From: a virus
Lineage: Duplodnaviria > Caudoviricetes
Direction: 5' to 3' (one strand)
Virus record (IMG/VR): IMGVR_UViG_3300050131_000113
Location: 1-58,171 of that record
DNA length: 58,171 bases
In this document: positions 35,348-44,101 of the stretch, piece by piece
How the letters are laid out: every line of letters begins with the position of its first letter
How positions within the stretch are numbered: the stretch's first letter is position 1
Translations under genes and position numbers: made by a program
The notes under the pieces: generated by a model
Seen by the model: the letters and a program-made list of their open reading frames with translations, nothing else
Databases searched by the model: none
What the model was told of the DNA's origin: nothing

Positions 35348-37506
35348 TGCAGCAGCCCGCGCTTCTTCATTTCAGCCTCAAGCGCGGCGCGATCGGGAGC
35401 GCCAGCGGGTGCTGCGGGTGAAGCCGCGGACCCGGAAGTCGCTGCGGCCTGCTGTGCGCCCCACGTATGCTTCTGGATCTTGTCCATGATATCGCGTTCT
35501 TTTGGTCCAAAAACACTTAACGGGTCGGTGGTTCCCGCAGGGTTTTCAAACACGCGATCTTTTTCTTGAACAACATTTGATATTCTTCCGTTCATCAAAG
35601 AACGGAACTCATCAAGGCCACCTCTAACTTCGGTTGGTGAGTGTTTGTTGAGGTCAAGACGGTCGAGCCAATACTCCCTGCTGGCTTGATCACCATGGCC
35701 AGTGCCAGCCAATAGCGTCGCGGTTTCGTCCGCGATACCCTTGCGCGCCGTCTCATAATGGCCGAGTGCGTCCTGATATTCTTTGTCGCCGTACTGGTTT
35801 CGTATGAAACCCTTGGCACTGTTGAGAATCGGCAATGTATTGCTGGCCCCAAGCGGTCCTTTTTCAAGTGTGGAGATCGCGGAATCAGCGTCGCCAAGAT
35901 GTTTTGCAACCGTTCCCGCAGACCTGACTTGTCCACCAAATGAACTAGGCGTAGTCGCTGCCATACTCTTTTCAAAATTGCTACGCGCCAGCCATTTTGC
36001 GGCGGTGAAGTTCCCGTCAACTTGAGTGACATCTTCCTTTAATTGCTGCTGTAGCGGATTGAGGCGGGAGCCGACTGGATACGGAATACGACCATCAAGC
36101 ACACCCTGAGCCTGCGAAGCGCGGGCCGGATCAGACTGTTTAAGGGCCTCCATCCGCTGCGGCCCCTGCAGACCATCCAGCGGATCGATCTTGGCGCTCG
36201 ACTTCGGCTGGGCCGCATAATCTTCCCGCGTCGGCGGGTAGCCGTAGACCGGCTGGTTATATTTGTCTTTACCGACGATACCCCATGCCGGCTTATCGTC
36301 AGGCGTCAACTGCTGCAGGATCAGTTTCGATGCCAGCGCCTTCGACGTGTCGTCGGAATACGGATTCTGCAACACCGCCATCAGCCTGTGAACGTCGGGA
36401 GTGCCCGGCGACGCCGCTGCGGCCTGCGCCGTCGGCAACGTCCCCTGTGCCGGCTGCGCACCGGTCGGTATTGCGTCATCTTCCGCCGCTGCTTTCGGCG
36501 CGGCTGTGGCAGGGCCTGCGACCTGGTAGGGTTTGCCAGGCGCAGCCCCTGACATCCCCGGCGCCGCCTGCCCATTCTCGTGCGCGGCCATGGCCGCAAT
36601 CAATTGTGGCCGCATGTTAGCCGGTATCGGCGCGTTCGGATCCAGCCCGAGTTTTCCCGCCACATCCGCGGCATAAGCCGAGACATTGTTACCATCGGCA
36701 GCTGGTGCCCAGCGCCCGACGATGCCGGCAACCGTGTTCAAACCGTGGTTCTTTTCGTAACTGTCGAGCAGCGTGTTGGCCGCTGCAACCCCGTGATCCG
36801 GCGTCTGGAATTTGGCGAAACGGCCGTCCGAGCCGGCATAGCCAGCTTGCGATTTGGCAAATGGACCATCCTCGATGTTGAGCGCGTTATTGTTGCGGAT
36901 ACCGCGCGGAGCCGTGGCCGCAGCAATCGCCGCGAGGGGATCGGCAGAAGCGACTTGCGTTGCCGGCGCCGCCGGAGGCGTGATCTGCGCGGTGCCTGAC
37001 TGGATCGCGGGATCGCCCCCAGGAAACCGGTTGGCGACCTGGTCGTTCGGCGAACCCGGAACGGGAGCGTGTGCTACCGGCGACATTTCGGCCGGGAAAC
37101 GATTGGCGACTTGCGCGTTCGGCGAGCCAGGAACGGCTGCAGGTGCATCGGCTTGAGGCGTAGCATTCGGCGGCGCAGCAGGTGCCGGCGAGCTTGGCAT
37201 CATCACCGGCGGCGCGCTTGGAATTGCCGCCGGTCGCTGCTGCGCCTCGATCGCCGCCATCAATTGATCGGTTGCCGACTTCTTCCCGCCCGCAATTGTC
37301 CTGGCGAGATCGGAGGTCGACGAATTTGTCAGGTAACTGCCGGACAACGCTTGCGCCAGCCGGCCGATCGCGCCCCATTTCGATGTCGGCGAGGAATCCG
37401 ATCCCTGCGTAAACAGTTCGTTGCCGGTTTGCATATAACCGAGTGGCCGGTAGGTGTTGGGGTCCATACCCTGCAGCACGGCTTGCGAGAGAGGGGTAAT
37501 TGCCAT
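35344..37506 (-). CDS. ejection protein with lysozyme-like domain
   Basis: RGIRNNN.LNI...F.TP..G...RWAP..DGN...Y...HENG. Confidence 0.7.
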   Translation of the reverse strand: MAITPLSQAVLQGMDPNTYRPLGYMQTGNELFTQGSDSSPTSKWGAIGRLAQALSGSYLTNSSTSDLARTIAGGKKSATDQLMAAIEAQQRPAAIPSAPPVMMPSSPAPAAPPNATPQADAPAAVPGSPNAQVANRFPAEMSPVAHAPVPGSPNDQVANRFPGGDPAIQSGTAQITPPAAPATQVASADPLAAIAAATAPRGIRNNNALNIEDGPFAKSQAGYAGSDGRFAKFQTPDHGVAAANTLLDSYEKNHGLNTVAGIVGRWAPAADGNNVSAYAADVAGKLGLDPNAPIPANMRPQLIAAMAAHENGQAAPGMSGAAPGKPYQVAGPATAAPKAAAEDDAIPTGAQPAQGTLPTAQAAAASPGTPDVHRLMAVLQNPYSDDTSKALASKLILQQLTPDDKPAWGIVGKDKYNQPVYGYPPTREDYAAQPKSSAKIDPLDGLQGPQRMEALKQSDPARASQAQGVLDGRIPYPVGSRLNPLQQQLKEDVTQVDGNFTAAKWLARSNFEKSMAATTPSSFGGQVRSAGTVAKHLGDADSAISTLEKGPLGASNTLPILNSAKGFIRNQYGDKEYQDALGHYETARKGIADETATLLAGTGHGDQASREYWLDRLDLNKHSPTEVRGGLDEFRSLMNGRISNVVQEKDRVFENPAGTTDPLSVFGPKERDIMDKIQKHTWGAQQAAATSGSAASPAAPAGAPDRAALEAEMKKRGLLQ

Positions 37507-37510
37507 GGCG

Positions 37511-37825
37511 TCAGGCGATCATGAATGGCAGGAGGGACGCGAGCGCCGACGTGCCGCCGGTTGCTCCCGCACCCGCAGCAGCGGTGCCGGCAGCAGCAGC
37601 ACCTGGCGCCAGCAGCTTGCCGCCGGCGCCGATGATGGCACTTCCCAAGCCCGCCAATCCGCCAAACTGCGCGTTCTGCTGCGCCACCTGCGCCTTGTAC
37701 GCATCCATGTTTTGCGCATCGTTGTTGGCATAAATGCCGGCGACGTTGGTTGGCTGTACCGTGGTCTGCGGCGGCGCCGGAGGCGGCCGGTTGGCGGTTG
37801 CGAGGATCTGCGCAAGCGGGCTCAT
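37511..37825 (-). CDS. small ejection protein part
   Basis: Q-rich region then GGLAGLGSAIIG. Confidence 0.55.
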   Translation of the reverse strand: MSPLAQILATANRPPPAPPQTTVQPTNVAGIYANNDAQNMDAYKAQVAQQNAQFGGLAGLGSAIIGAGGKLLAPGAAAAGTAAAGAGATGGTSALASLLPFMIA

Positions 37826-38553
37826 GCGACGGCTCCCGGGGCTTGTCCGCCGTAGATCTGAGAGAGCAGCGCCAGCGGATTGGATTGCTGCGTCTGCTGC
37901 TGGTTGAGGTTCTGGTTCTGGCCCTGTACCGCCAGCCCGAACATGTTGTTGGCGATGCCGGCGCCTTGCGACGTGCCGGAATCCTGCGCCGACTGGAACG
38001 CCTGCGTCTTGGAATTGTTGAAATTCGTCATCGCCGAATTATAGGCGTCCGAGCCCACGGGAATTCCCGCCCGGCTCAATTGATCGGTCAGGTTCTGCTG
38101 GGTCTGGTTCCACTGCGGGGTCAGGAACGATTCCTGCTGCTGCGTCACTGCATTCGCCACACTCGGATCAAGCGCCTGCGGGCCGCCGGCGATGATGGAA
38201 TTATTCGCGGTCTGGTTGACGTTGAGCGGCGTGGTCGCCGTGCCACCGGCCTGTGTGGCCAGCGTCTGCGCCGTCGGCACCAGCGTATTGGCGGCCTGCT
38301 TGGTGCCGGCCAGCACCGACTGTGACAACGGATCGAGCGTGCTGGTTTGGGTATAGGTCGGAACCGACGTGCCCGTGGTCGGGTCCGTGTAGGTCCCGGA
38401 CTGGTTATAGGTGGTCGAGCCGTTCGGACCCACCTGATTGACGTTGTTTTCCGCCTGCTGCGCGGCCGACGTGCCGAGGTTGGACGTCGTTGTCGCATTG
38501 GCGACCGTCGTCGGGTTAGCCGGCGTCGGAACGGTTGGGCTTGATTTGCTCAA
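37822..38553 (-). CDS. ejection/pilot protein
   Basis: TTG start after GAGGA; NVNQVGPNGS.TY, GIPVGS.AY. Confidence 0.65.
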   Translation of the reverse strand: MSKSSPTVPTPANPTTVANATTTSNLGTSAAQQAENNVNQVGPNGSTTYNQSGTYTDPTTGTSVPTYTQTSTLDPLSQSVLAGTKQAANTLVPTAQTLATQAGGTATTPLNVNQTANNSIIAGGPQALDPSVANAVTQQQESFLTPQWNQTQQNLTDQLSRAGIPVGSDAYNSAMTNFNNSKTQAFQSAQDSGTSQGAGIANNMFGLAVQGQNQNLNQQQTQQSNPLALLSQIYGGQAPGAVA

Positions 38554-38983
38554 GGGGAAATTCCTCTGCGACCCACCAGGCTTTCGCGTCGTGCGCGAGC
38601 AGCCCATAGGTCTCGGCAGCACCCGACGTGAACACGTCCGGATGAATGCCTTCCAGTTTAAATCCGAGGCGGCAGAGGAATGCCCTGGCGGGCTGGTTCG
38701 TAGCCTCGATGATGGCGGTAACGCGCTTGCATCCTAACTGTCTGAACGGATATTTCAGGATTGCCGAGATCGCGCTTTTGCTGGCCCAGCGCGGCGAGGA
38801 CGTGACGAAGGTTATCTCGATATTCGGCGGCCGGAAGTTGTTGAAGACCGCAACTGCGACGATTTTTCCTTGACGCGCGACGCCGATCGAAGTGTTCGGT
38901 TTGGCGATTTCCATCCCGAGGCGATCGCCGGCCCATGCGGCGAGAGCATCATCGGCGCGAAAGAGAAGCACGAAGCGGCGCAA
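38516..38983 (-). CDS. GNAT-fold tail assembly protein
   Basis: YPFRQLGCKRVT...RLGFKLEG; follows the nozzle gene; start uncertain. Confidence 0.7.
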   Translation of the reverse strand: MRRFVLLFRADDALAAWAGDRLGMEIAKPNTSIGVARQGKIVAVAVFNNFRPPNIEITFVTSSPRWASKSAISAILKYPFRQLGCKRVTAIIEATNQPARAFLCRLGFKLEGIHPDVFTSGAAETYGLLAHDAKAWWVAEEFPLEQIKPNRSDAG

Positions 38984-38984
38984 T

Positions 38985-39044
38985 CTGCCCAAGTGATCGC
39001 AAACCAGAATCAGATAGCTCCGTGTTCGATTGAACCATCTCCTA
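38985..39044 (-). repeat. dispersed element arm (solo)
   Basis: GATGGTTCAATCGA...GCGATCAC....GCAG directly after the nozzle stop codon. Confidence 0.65.
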
Positions 39045-40607
39045 AAACCCCACGCCCATTTCCCCACGCAAATCCGTCCGTAACCAGGTCGCAGGCTCCG
39101 TCGCCGAGATATTCAGCGCCACGCTCAACGCCACGCCCGATCCTCCCGACGCACTCCACAACGTACCAACCACCTGTTCGGCCGACCATGGCGAGGTGTC
39201 CCATGGCGAGGTATCCCACGGGCTGCCCGGGTTCGATGTCACCAGCGCCACCGGCACGTTGACGTCGCCATAATCAAACCCGATCGAAAATGTGTAGCCG
39301 AGCGAACCGATGGTCTGCAGCACCGGGCGGATCGCGGTAGCCCGCTTGCGCAAGGGGCTTTGCAGCGTATTCCAGGCCTGCTGTCCGATCGCGGTGACGG
39401 GGCCCAAGAGATCCATGCTGCCGGTATCGGCGAGATAGATTTTTCCTCCCGAACCCCCGAAATAAAGCGAATCCTTGAACAACCCCCAGCAGGAAGCGTT
39501 CATATTGACAAAACGGCACCAAGGCGAGGCCATCCGGCCGGTTTGCGTATCCTGATATTGCACCCCGGTATTATGGACGTGCTGGCTAAAGGTGCCGTCA
39601 GGATTCGGGATGTTAAAAATCAGACGCCGCCCCTTCGGATAGTACAGCGCCTGCCAGCCGAACGCTCCCTTGTTGGCGGTAACTGCTGCCTGCACCGCGC
39701 TGGAGACTTTCGAGCGAGACGGAAGACCGCCCGATGAGATCGCCGTTAGTTGATCCTTCAGCGGCACATGATCGTCATAGGTGGTCAAGAACGCTTCCGC
39801 TCCGTAATTGCAGACCGCGCGGGGGCCGACAGGCGGCGACAGCGCATAAGTTCCGACCAAGGCCCAGTTCAACAGGTTCGCCGGATCGTTGCCGAAATAA
39901 ATCAGACAATCGCCCGATGACATGATGAAGACGATAAAATCCTGCACCCCGTTGCCGCCGTCGAGACTATAGGTCGTGACCGCGACCAGGTTGCCGCCGC
40001 GCGGCGCCCAGGCCGACAGATCGAAGAACGACAGCGCGCCGGAAATCGAATTCAGCTGCGCAAACCAGAAGCCGGGCGAATTGGCCTGCCAGAAGAACAG
40101 CCGCTGCTGATAGAGCGCGCCCGCAATGATGGTCGCAAGCGACGGCGTCGAGCCCCCCGTAAACGCTGCGTTGCCTAATGTGGTGCCGTCGAACACCTGC
40201 ATGACATCGGTGCCGTTGGCGAAGAACAACCGCGACAGGAAGCTGACCGTGTTCCAGGCGTCCGAACCAAACCCCGTTGCCAGGGGAGAGCCGACCACAC
40301 CCGAGGCCGACACGTCATAGATCGCGCCTGAAGCTGCTGCCAGAAACTTTCGCGTGGCGCCGACATTGAATTCCGCCAGCGTCTTGACCGTTCCGGCACC
40401 CAGCCCGCTCGCATATAGTGTGTAGCCGTTGCGGGTGGAAACGCCGCCGGCGTCGGGATAGAGATTGTCGAGCTGAATTGCGTCGGCCGGATCCATTGCA
40501 TCGAGCGCGTCCCGCGTATTCCAGCCCTTGATTGGAGAGACGAACGAAAACGGTTCCTGCACGGCTTGCGAGGCAACCTGCAAGCGCTGCTGTTGCGTCA
40601 TGCGCAT
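39042..40607 (-). CDS. tail nozzle / DNA stabilization protein
   Basis: PIKGWN.RD, beta-propeller-like, SPWDTSPW; synteny. Confidence 0.75.
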   Translation of the reverse strand: MRMTQQQRLQVASQAVQEPFSFVSPIKGWNTRDALDAMDPADAIQLDNLYPDAGGVSTRNGYTLYASGLGAGTVKTLAEFNVGATRKFLAAASGAIYDVSASGVVGSPLATGFGSDAWNTVSFLSRLFFANGTDVMQVFDGTTLGNAAFTGGSTPSLATIIAGALYQQRLFFWQANSPGFWFAQLNSISGALSFFDLSAWAPRGGNLVAVTTYSLDGGNGVQDFIVFIMSSGDCLIYFGNDPANLLNWALVGTYALSPPVGPRAVCNYGAEAFLTTYDDHVPLKDQLTAISSGGLPSRSKVSSAVQAAVTANKGAFGWQALYYPKGRRLIFNIPNPDGTFSQHVHNTGVQYQDTQTGRMASPWCRFVNMNASCWGLFKDSLYFGGSGGKIYLADTGSMDLLGPVTAIGQQAWNTLQSPLRKRATAIRPVLQTIGSLGYTFSIGFDYGDVNVPVALVTSNPGSPWDTSPWDTSPWSAEQVVGTLWSASGGSGVALSVALNISATEPATWLRTDLRGEMGVGF

Positions 40608-41548
40608 CAGGACGCCGGTCCGCCGAACCCGGTTTCGGGCACGTTGCTGTAGGGATCGAGCAGATGATAGCCGGAGCGCGGCACCAGGGAGAGGATTGCC
40701 GCCCCGCCATCGGCCGCGATCGCCTTGGAGACTTCGCGCTCGTATTCGTCGAGTTCCTCGTTATAGGAAAATCCGAGGCGCCGCAGTACCCGCCAGCGGG
40801 TGCCCAGCATCAACAGATATTCGTCGAGAATCCCGGTATCGGTATCGGCGAGCCAGGAGTTCTGCGGCACATCGCCGGCCGACTGACACCAGCCGTTCGA
40901 GACATATTCGAACACCAGCGGCGAGCCGTTATCGGTCGGCACCGGATCAATCGAAAACCGCGTGGCGCCGGCAACCTTGCGAAACCGGAACCGGCGCTGG
41001 ATCGAGGCCTGCCCAATGATGCTCGATTTATAGAGCTGCCATTGCTGCGGCGACAAGGGACCGCGCATCTGCCAGTAGCGCGAGCGGTCCCACATCGTGG
41101 AATCGATCACCCGCTCGAAATCAGCCGGCAGATCATAATCCGACTTGCCGAAATTATAGATGCCGGATCCTGTAAAGGTCGCGGGCTGGTTGATGGTGAC
41201 GCTCGAGATCGTGACGGCGGTAATGATCGAATTATTCGGGCAACCATTGCCGAAGCCGTACCATGTCCCGGCGACAATCCCTGCAGTGGAAGCCAGCCCC
41301 GAGATCACCCCGAACCCGCCGACGTTGGCGATGGTGCCAGCCTGCGGCGCGACCGCCGACGTCGTGAAATCGAACTCCTTGATCATCGCAATCCAGCCGC
41401 CCTGCGGCTTGCGCGCCAGGGCTTCGCCGGCGTTCTGCGCACTGGCCAAAAGCCGGATCGCGGTTTCGTCCGAATTGCCGACGATCGACGTCGGCGCCGC
41501 CAGCGGAATGTCGTTGGCAATCTGGGTGCAGATCGAGAGCAGGGTCAT
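40607..41548 (-). CDS. head-tail adaptor
   Basis: MTLL.I, YDLPADF, W..D.D, synteny. Confidence 0.75.
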   Translation of the reverse strand: MTLLSICTQIANDIPLAAPTSIVGNSDETAIRLLASAQNAGEALARKPQGGWIAMIKEFDFTTSAVAPQAGTIANVGGFGVISGLASTAGIVAGTWYGFGNGCPNNSIITAVTISSVTINQPATFTGSGIYNFGKSDYDLPADFERVIDSTMWDRSRYWQMRGPLSPQQWQLYKSSIIGQASIQRRFRFRKVAGATRFSIDPVPTDNGSPLVFEYVSNGWCQSAGDVPQNSWLADTDTGILDEYLLMLGTRWRVLRRLGFSYNEELDEYEREVSKAIAADGGAAILSLVPRSGYHLLDPYSNVPETGFGGPAS

Positions 41549-41805
41549 TCGGCCGCGTCCGCCTTGCACATGTCAAATTGAAGCAACGTCAGTGCGCCGA
41601 GCAAGCCGCGGGTGGTGCGCCCGCGTGTGTCGTAAATGGAAAGATCGCCGGGATGCAGCGTCGCATACGCGATTCCGACCACTTCGCCGGCCCTCGCCAT
41701 TTCCAGCAATTCCGCAAGACGATCGACAACGGCAGCGTTCGGCTCGCCGCCAGAAGGCGACGGCGCAAGGCCAGCCCGCAGCGGAATGACCTTTGCGCTC
41801 GTCAC
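41545..41805 (-). CDS. hypothetical protein
   Basis: LLE.A.AGEV.GIA motif. Confidence 0.6.
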   Translation of the reverse strand: MTSAKVIPLRAGLAPSPSGGEPNAAVVDRLAELLEMARAGEVVGIAYATLHPGDLSIYDTRGRTTRGLLGALTLLQFDMCKADAAE

Positions 41806-42092
41806 TTCGGCTTACGTCCCAGTGCGGCCATGCCGAGCTTGCCGACGCCAGGGCCGTCTTTAGCCGCCAGCCGCCGTTCAAGTTCCTTGCCGGGTCCGGT
41901 CTGTTTGATGGCCGGATATTTCTGTTCGACCTTGGCGCGGACTTCGGCCTTCACCGCTGGCGATCCATTTTGCGAGACGCGCGACAACGCGTTGCGCGCG
42001 TGATTTGCATTCTCGATCGGATAGGATTTGTTCGGTCCCGCGAAATTCTTCGGCGCGATCTTGTCGCGGCCGGCGGTTGTAAGTTTGACCAT
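41802..42092 (-). CDS. basic hypothetical protein (DUF6582-like)
   Basis: YPI...HARNAL.RV.Q. Confidence 0.6.
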   Translation of the reverse strand: MVKLTTAGRDKIAPKNFAGPNKSYPIENANHARNALSRVSQNGSPAVKAEVRAKVEQKYPAIKQTGPGKELERRLAAKDGPGVGKLGMAALGRKPK

Positions 42093-42379
42093 CAGTTTGC
42101 CCTCGCCCCTTGCGCATTGAGAATGACTGGCGTCTTGCCGCGTTCTTTCATCAGTCGCGCCACGTCATGTTCGAGATCGCGGACATGGGACTGCAACTCG
42201 CCGATGATATCGATTGCGAGTTTCATCTGACCTTCGAACTGCTGTTGTGAGGCCAGCATATTCGAAAGCGTCGCCATCACGGCATCGCGTTCGGCGCGGG
42301 CTATCGCCTCGACGTCGTCCATTTCGGAGCCGGACCGCGGCTGAAACGGAATGACGCCGCCGGTTGGTTTGTCGGTCAT
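42092..42379 (-). CDS. coiled-coil hypothetical protein
   Basis: GGAG RBS. Confidence 0.55.
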   Translation of the reverse strand: MTDKPTGGVIPFQPRSGSEMDDVEAIARAERDAVMATLSNMLASQQQFEGQMKLAIDIIGELQSHVRDLEHDVARLMKERGKTPVILNAQGARAN

Positions 42380-42441
42380 AGATCGATCTCTCCGGAAAAG
42401 AGCCGGCGCGGCCCGTCAAAGGCCGCGCGGCTAGAAGCCGA

Positions 42442-42915
42442 TCAAACGGCGGCGTGCTGCGCCGCGCTTTCTTTCGCCCAGGATTCGCCGTCAGCATGAG
42501 CCTCGGCAGCGACCGCGGCAGAAACCTCTTCCGGCGTGCTCTTCGAGGCGAGACCAGCGGAAGGATAGTCGCGCGCCTTGCGACCGCTGGCCACCCACTC
42601 CTGAATCGTCGGGCCATCGTCCTCGACCAGGGGCCGGGGCTGATCCTTGTGCTGCTGCGCCTTCTTTTCCTTCAGCTTCTGATCGGCCTCGCCGTGCGTC
42701 TGCGCCAGCATATCGACTTCGGCTTTCTTGACGTCGAGCTGGCGCTTGAGGAATTCGACGTGCTGCTCTTCGGTTGCCGGAACGTCGGCATAGCTCGTCA
42801 CGCCGCCCCCTGCGCCGCCGGCCGGCATCCGGACATGAGTGCGTCCGGTCTGGGGGTTAAGATAGAACTCGCGATGCTCGGTCAGGGAAACCTGGGGACT
42901 AAGAAGGTCGGCCAT
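42442..42915 (-). CDS. hypothetical protein
   Basis: AGGAG RBS; GPT..EWV..G..A..YP. Confidence 0.6.
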   Translation of the reverse strand: MADLLSPQVSLTEHREFYLNPQTGRTHVRMPAGGAGGGVTSYADVPATEEQHVEFLKRQLDVKKAEVDMLAQTHGEADQKLKEKKAQQHKDQPRPLVEDDGPTIQEWVASGRKARDYPSAGLASKSTPEEVSAAVAAEAHADGESWAKESAAQHAAV

Positions 42916-42958
42916 TTCAATTCTCCTTGTTGGCGATGATCACCGTTGAACTCAACAC

Positions 42959-43708
42959 TCAGGCGGTTTTTTCGTTCAATTCGGCATTAACCGGAGATGC
43001 CGCGCGCCGACGTCGCGAACCGCCGATATTGTCGAGCGAAGAGGTCGCGACTTCGACATGCTGACCCACTTTCGCCAGCTCGACCGGATCGGACATGCCG
43101 GGGATGTGCGTCAACAACGGCGATGGCGCGTTCTTCATGGTCTGCAGCTCGGCAAAGGTCTTTTGCGTGAGTTCGCCCATTTCCGCGACCTGGCGGCGCA
43201 GCATCGCCACTTCGTCAGTGAGTTTTTCGTTTTCGGCCGACATCCGGCTCGTGACCGCCATGCGCTCGGCATCGTCGAGGAACACGCCCGCAAGTTCCTT
43301 CAGGCGCCGGCCACCCATGCCGATGCGCTGGATCGCCTGATCATCCATGTCGCGGATGTGTTCGACCGTCCTGAAGCCCAGCCATTTCAATTCCATCACT
43401 TGGCTGCGCTTGAGAATCGGCCATTCCTCCAGCGGAGTTCCCTCGGGAGAGATTTCGATGCCGGCCTTGAAGGCCTCATACTCGCGAGGCCACTTCTGGC
43501 GATGTTCGTCGGTGACCCGCGCCACAGGCCGAGTATGCGGATTGCCCGGCATGATGATCTCGACCCGCTCTTCATCCCGAGCGATCAGCCGGCCGGCATT
43601 TGCCGAGGCCACATGATCCTCGACCTGCTCGAGATAGAACCGCGGATGGTTTGATCCATCCTGCTGGCCGAGATTGGTGCGGGTAAAGGTGCCGTTCGCA
43701 ACTGACAT
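42959..43708 (-). CDS. conserved podophage protein
   Basis: PRFY, GTPLEEWP, FRTVEHI motifs. Confidence 0.7.
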   Translation of the reverse strand: MSVANGTFTRTNLGQQDGSNHPRFYLEQVEDHVASANAGRLIARDEERVEIIMPGNPHTRPVARVTDEHRQKWPREYEAFKAGIEISPEGTPLEEWPILKRSQVMELKWLGFRTVEHIRDMDDQAIQRIGMGGRRLKELAGVFLDDAERMAVTSRMSAENEKLTDEVAMLRRQVAEMGELTQKTFAELQTMKNAPSPLLTHIPGMSDPVELAKVGQHVEVATSSLDNIGGSRRRRAASPVNAELNEKTA

Positions 43709-43744
43709 TGGATTTCCTTCGAAAACGAGTTGATGGAGACCGGC

Positions 43745-44101
43745 TTACGCGCTTAGGATGGCGCCCCAGGTCAAGCCATTCGAAATGAATATGGCTGATT
43801 TGCCGTTCGTGACGGAGAAGCCGGCGTTGAGTGTTCCACCATTGATATTCCCGCCGACCTGCGGATAGACCGTCAGAGGGCTACCGCCGCCATTGACGAT
43901 GATGTAGATGCCACGCTCGCCCAGGATGGCGCCGGTCGAGCCAGCGACCGTGCCGAAAATGGCAAAGTTCGACGCCAGTGCCAAGGCGCCGCCTTGTGTC
44001 GATCCCGTCGCGGTCAGAGTGGTTGCGGCAGGATCCTGACCGACGAGACCGGCTGCACCCGCGGCCATGCCGCGCGCCATGAATTCACTTTTAAGCGGCA
44101 T
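43745..44101 (-). CDS. putative capsid decoration/fibre protein
   Basis: G/T-rich beta protein in the head module. Confidence 0.55.
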   Translation of the reverse strand: MPLKSEFMARGMAAGAAGLVGQDPAATTLTATGSTQGGALALASNFAIFGTVAGSTGAILGERGIYIIVNGGGSPLTVYPQVGGNINGGTLNAGFSVTNGKSAIFISNGLTWGAILSA

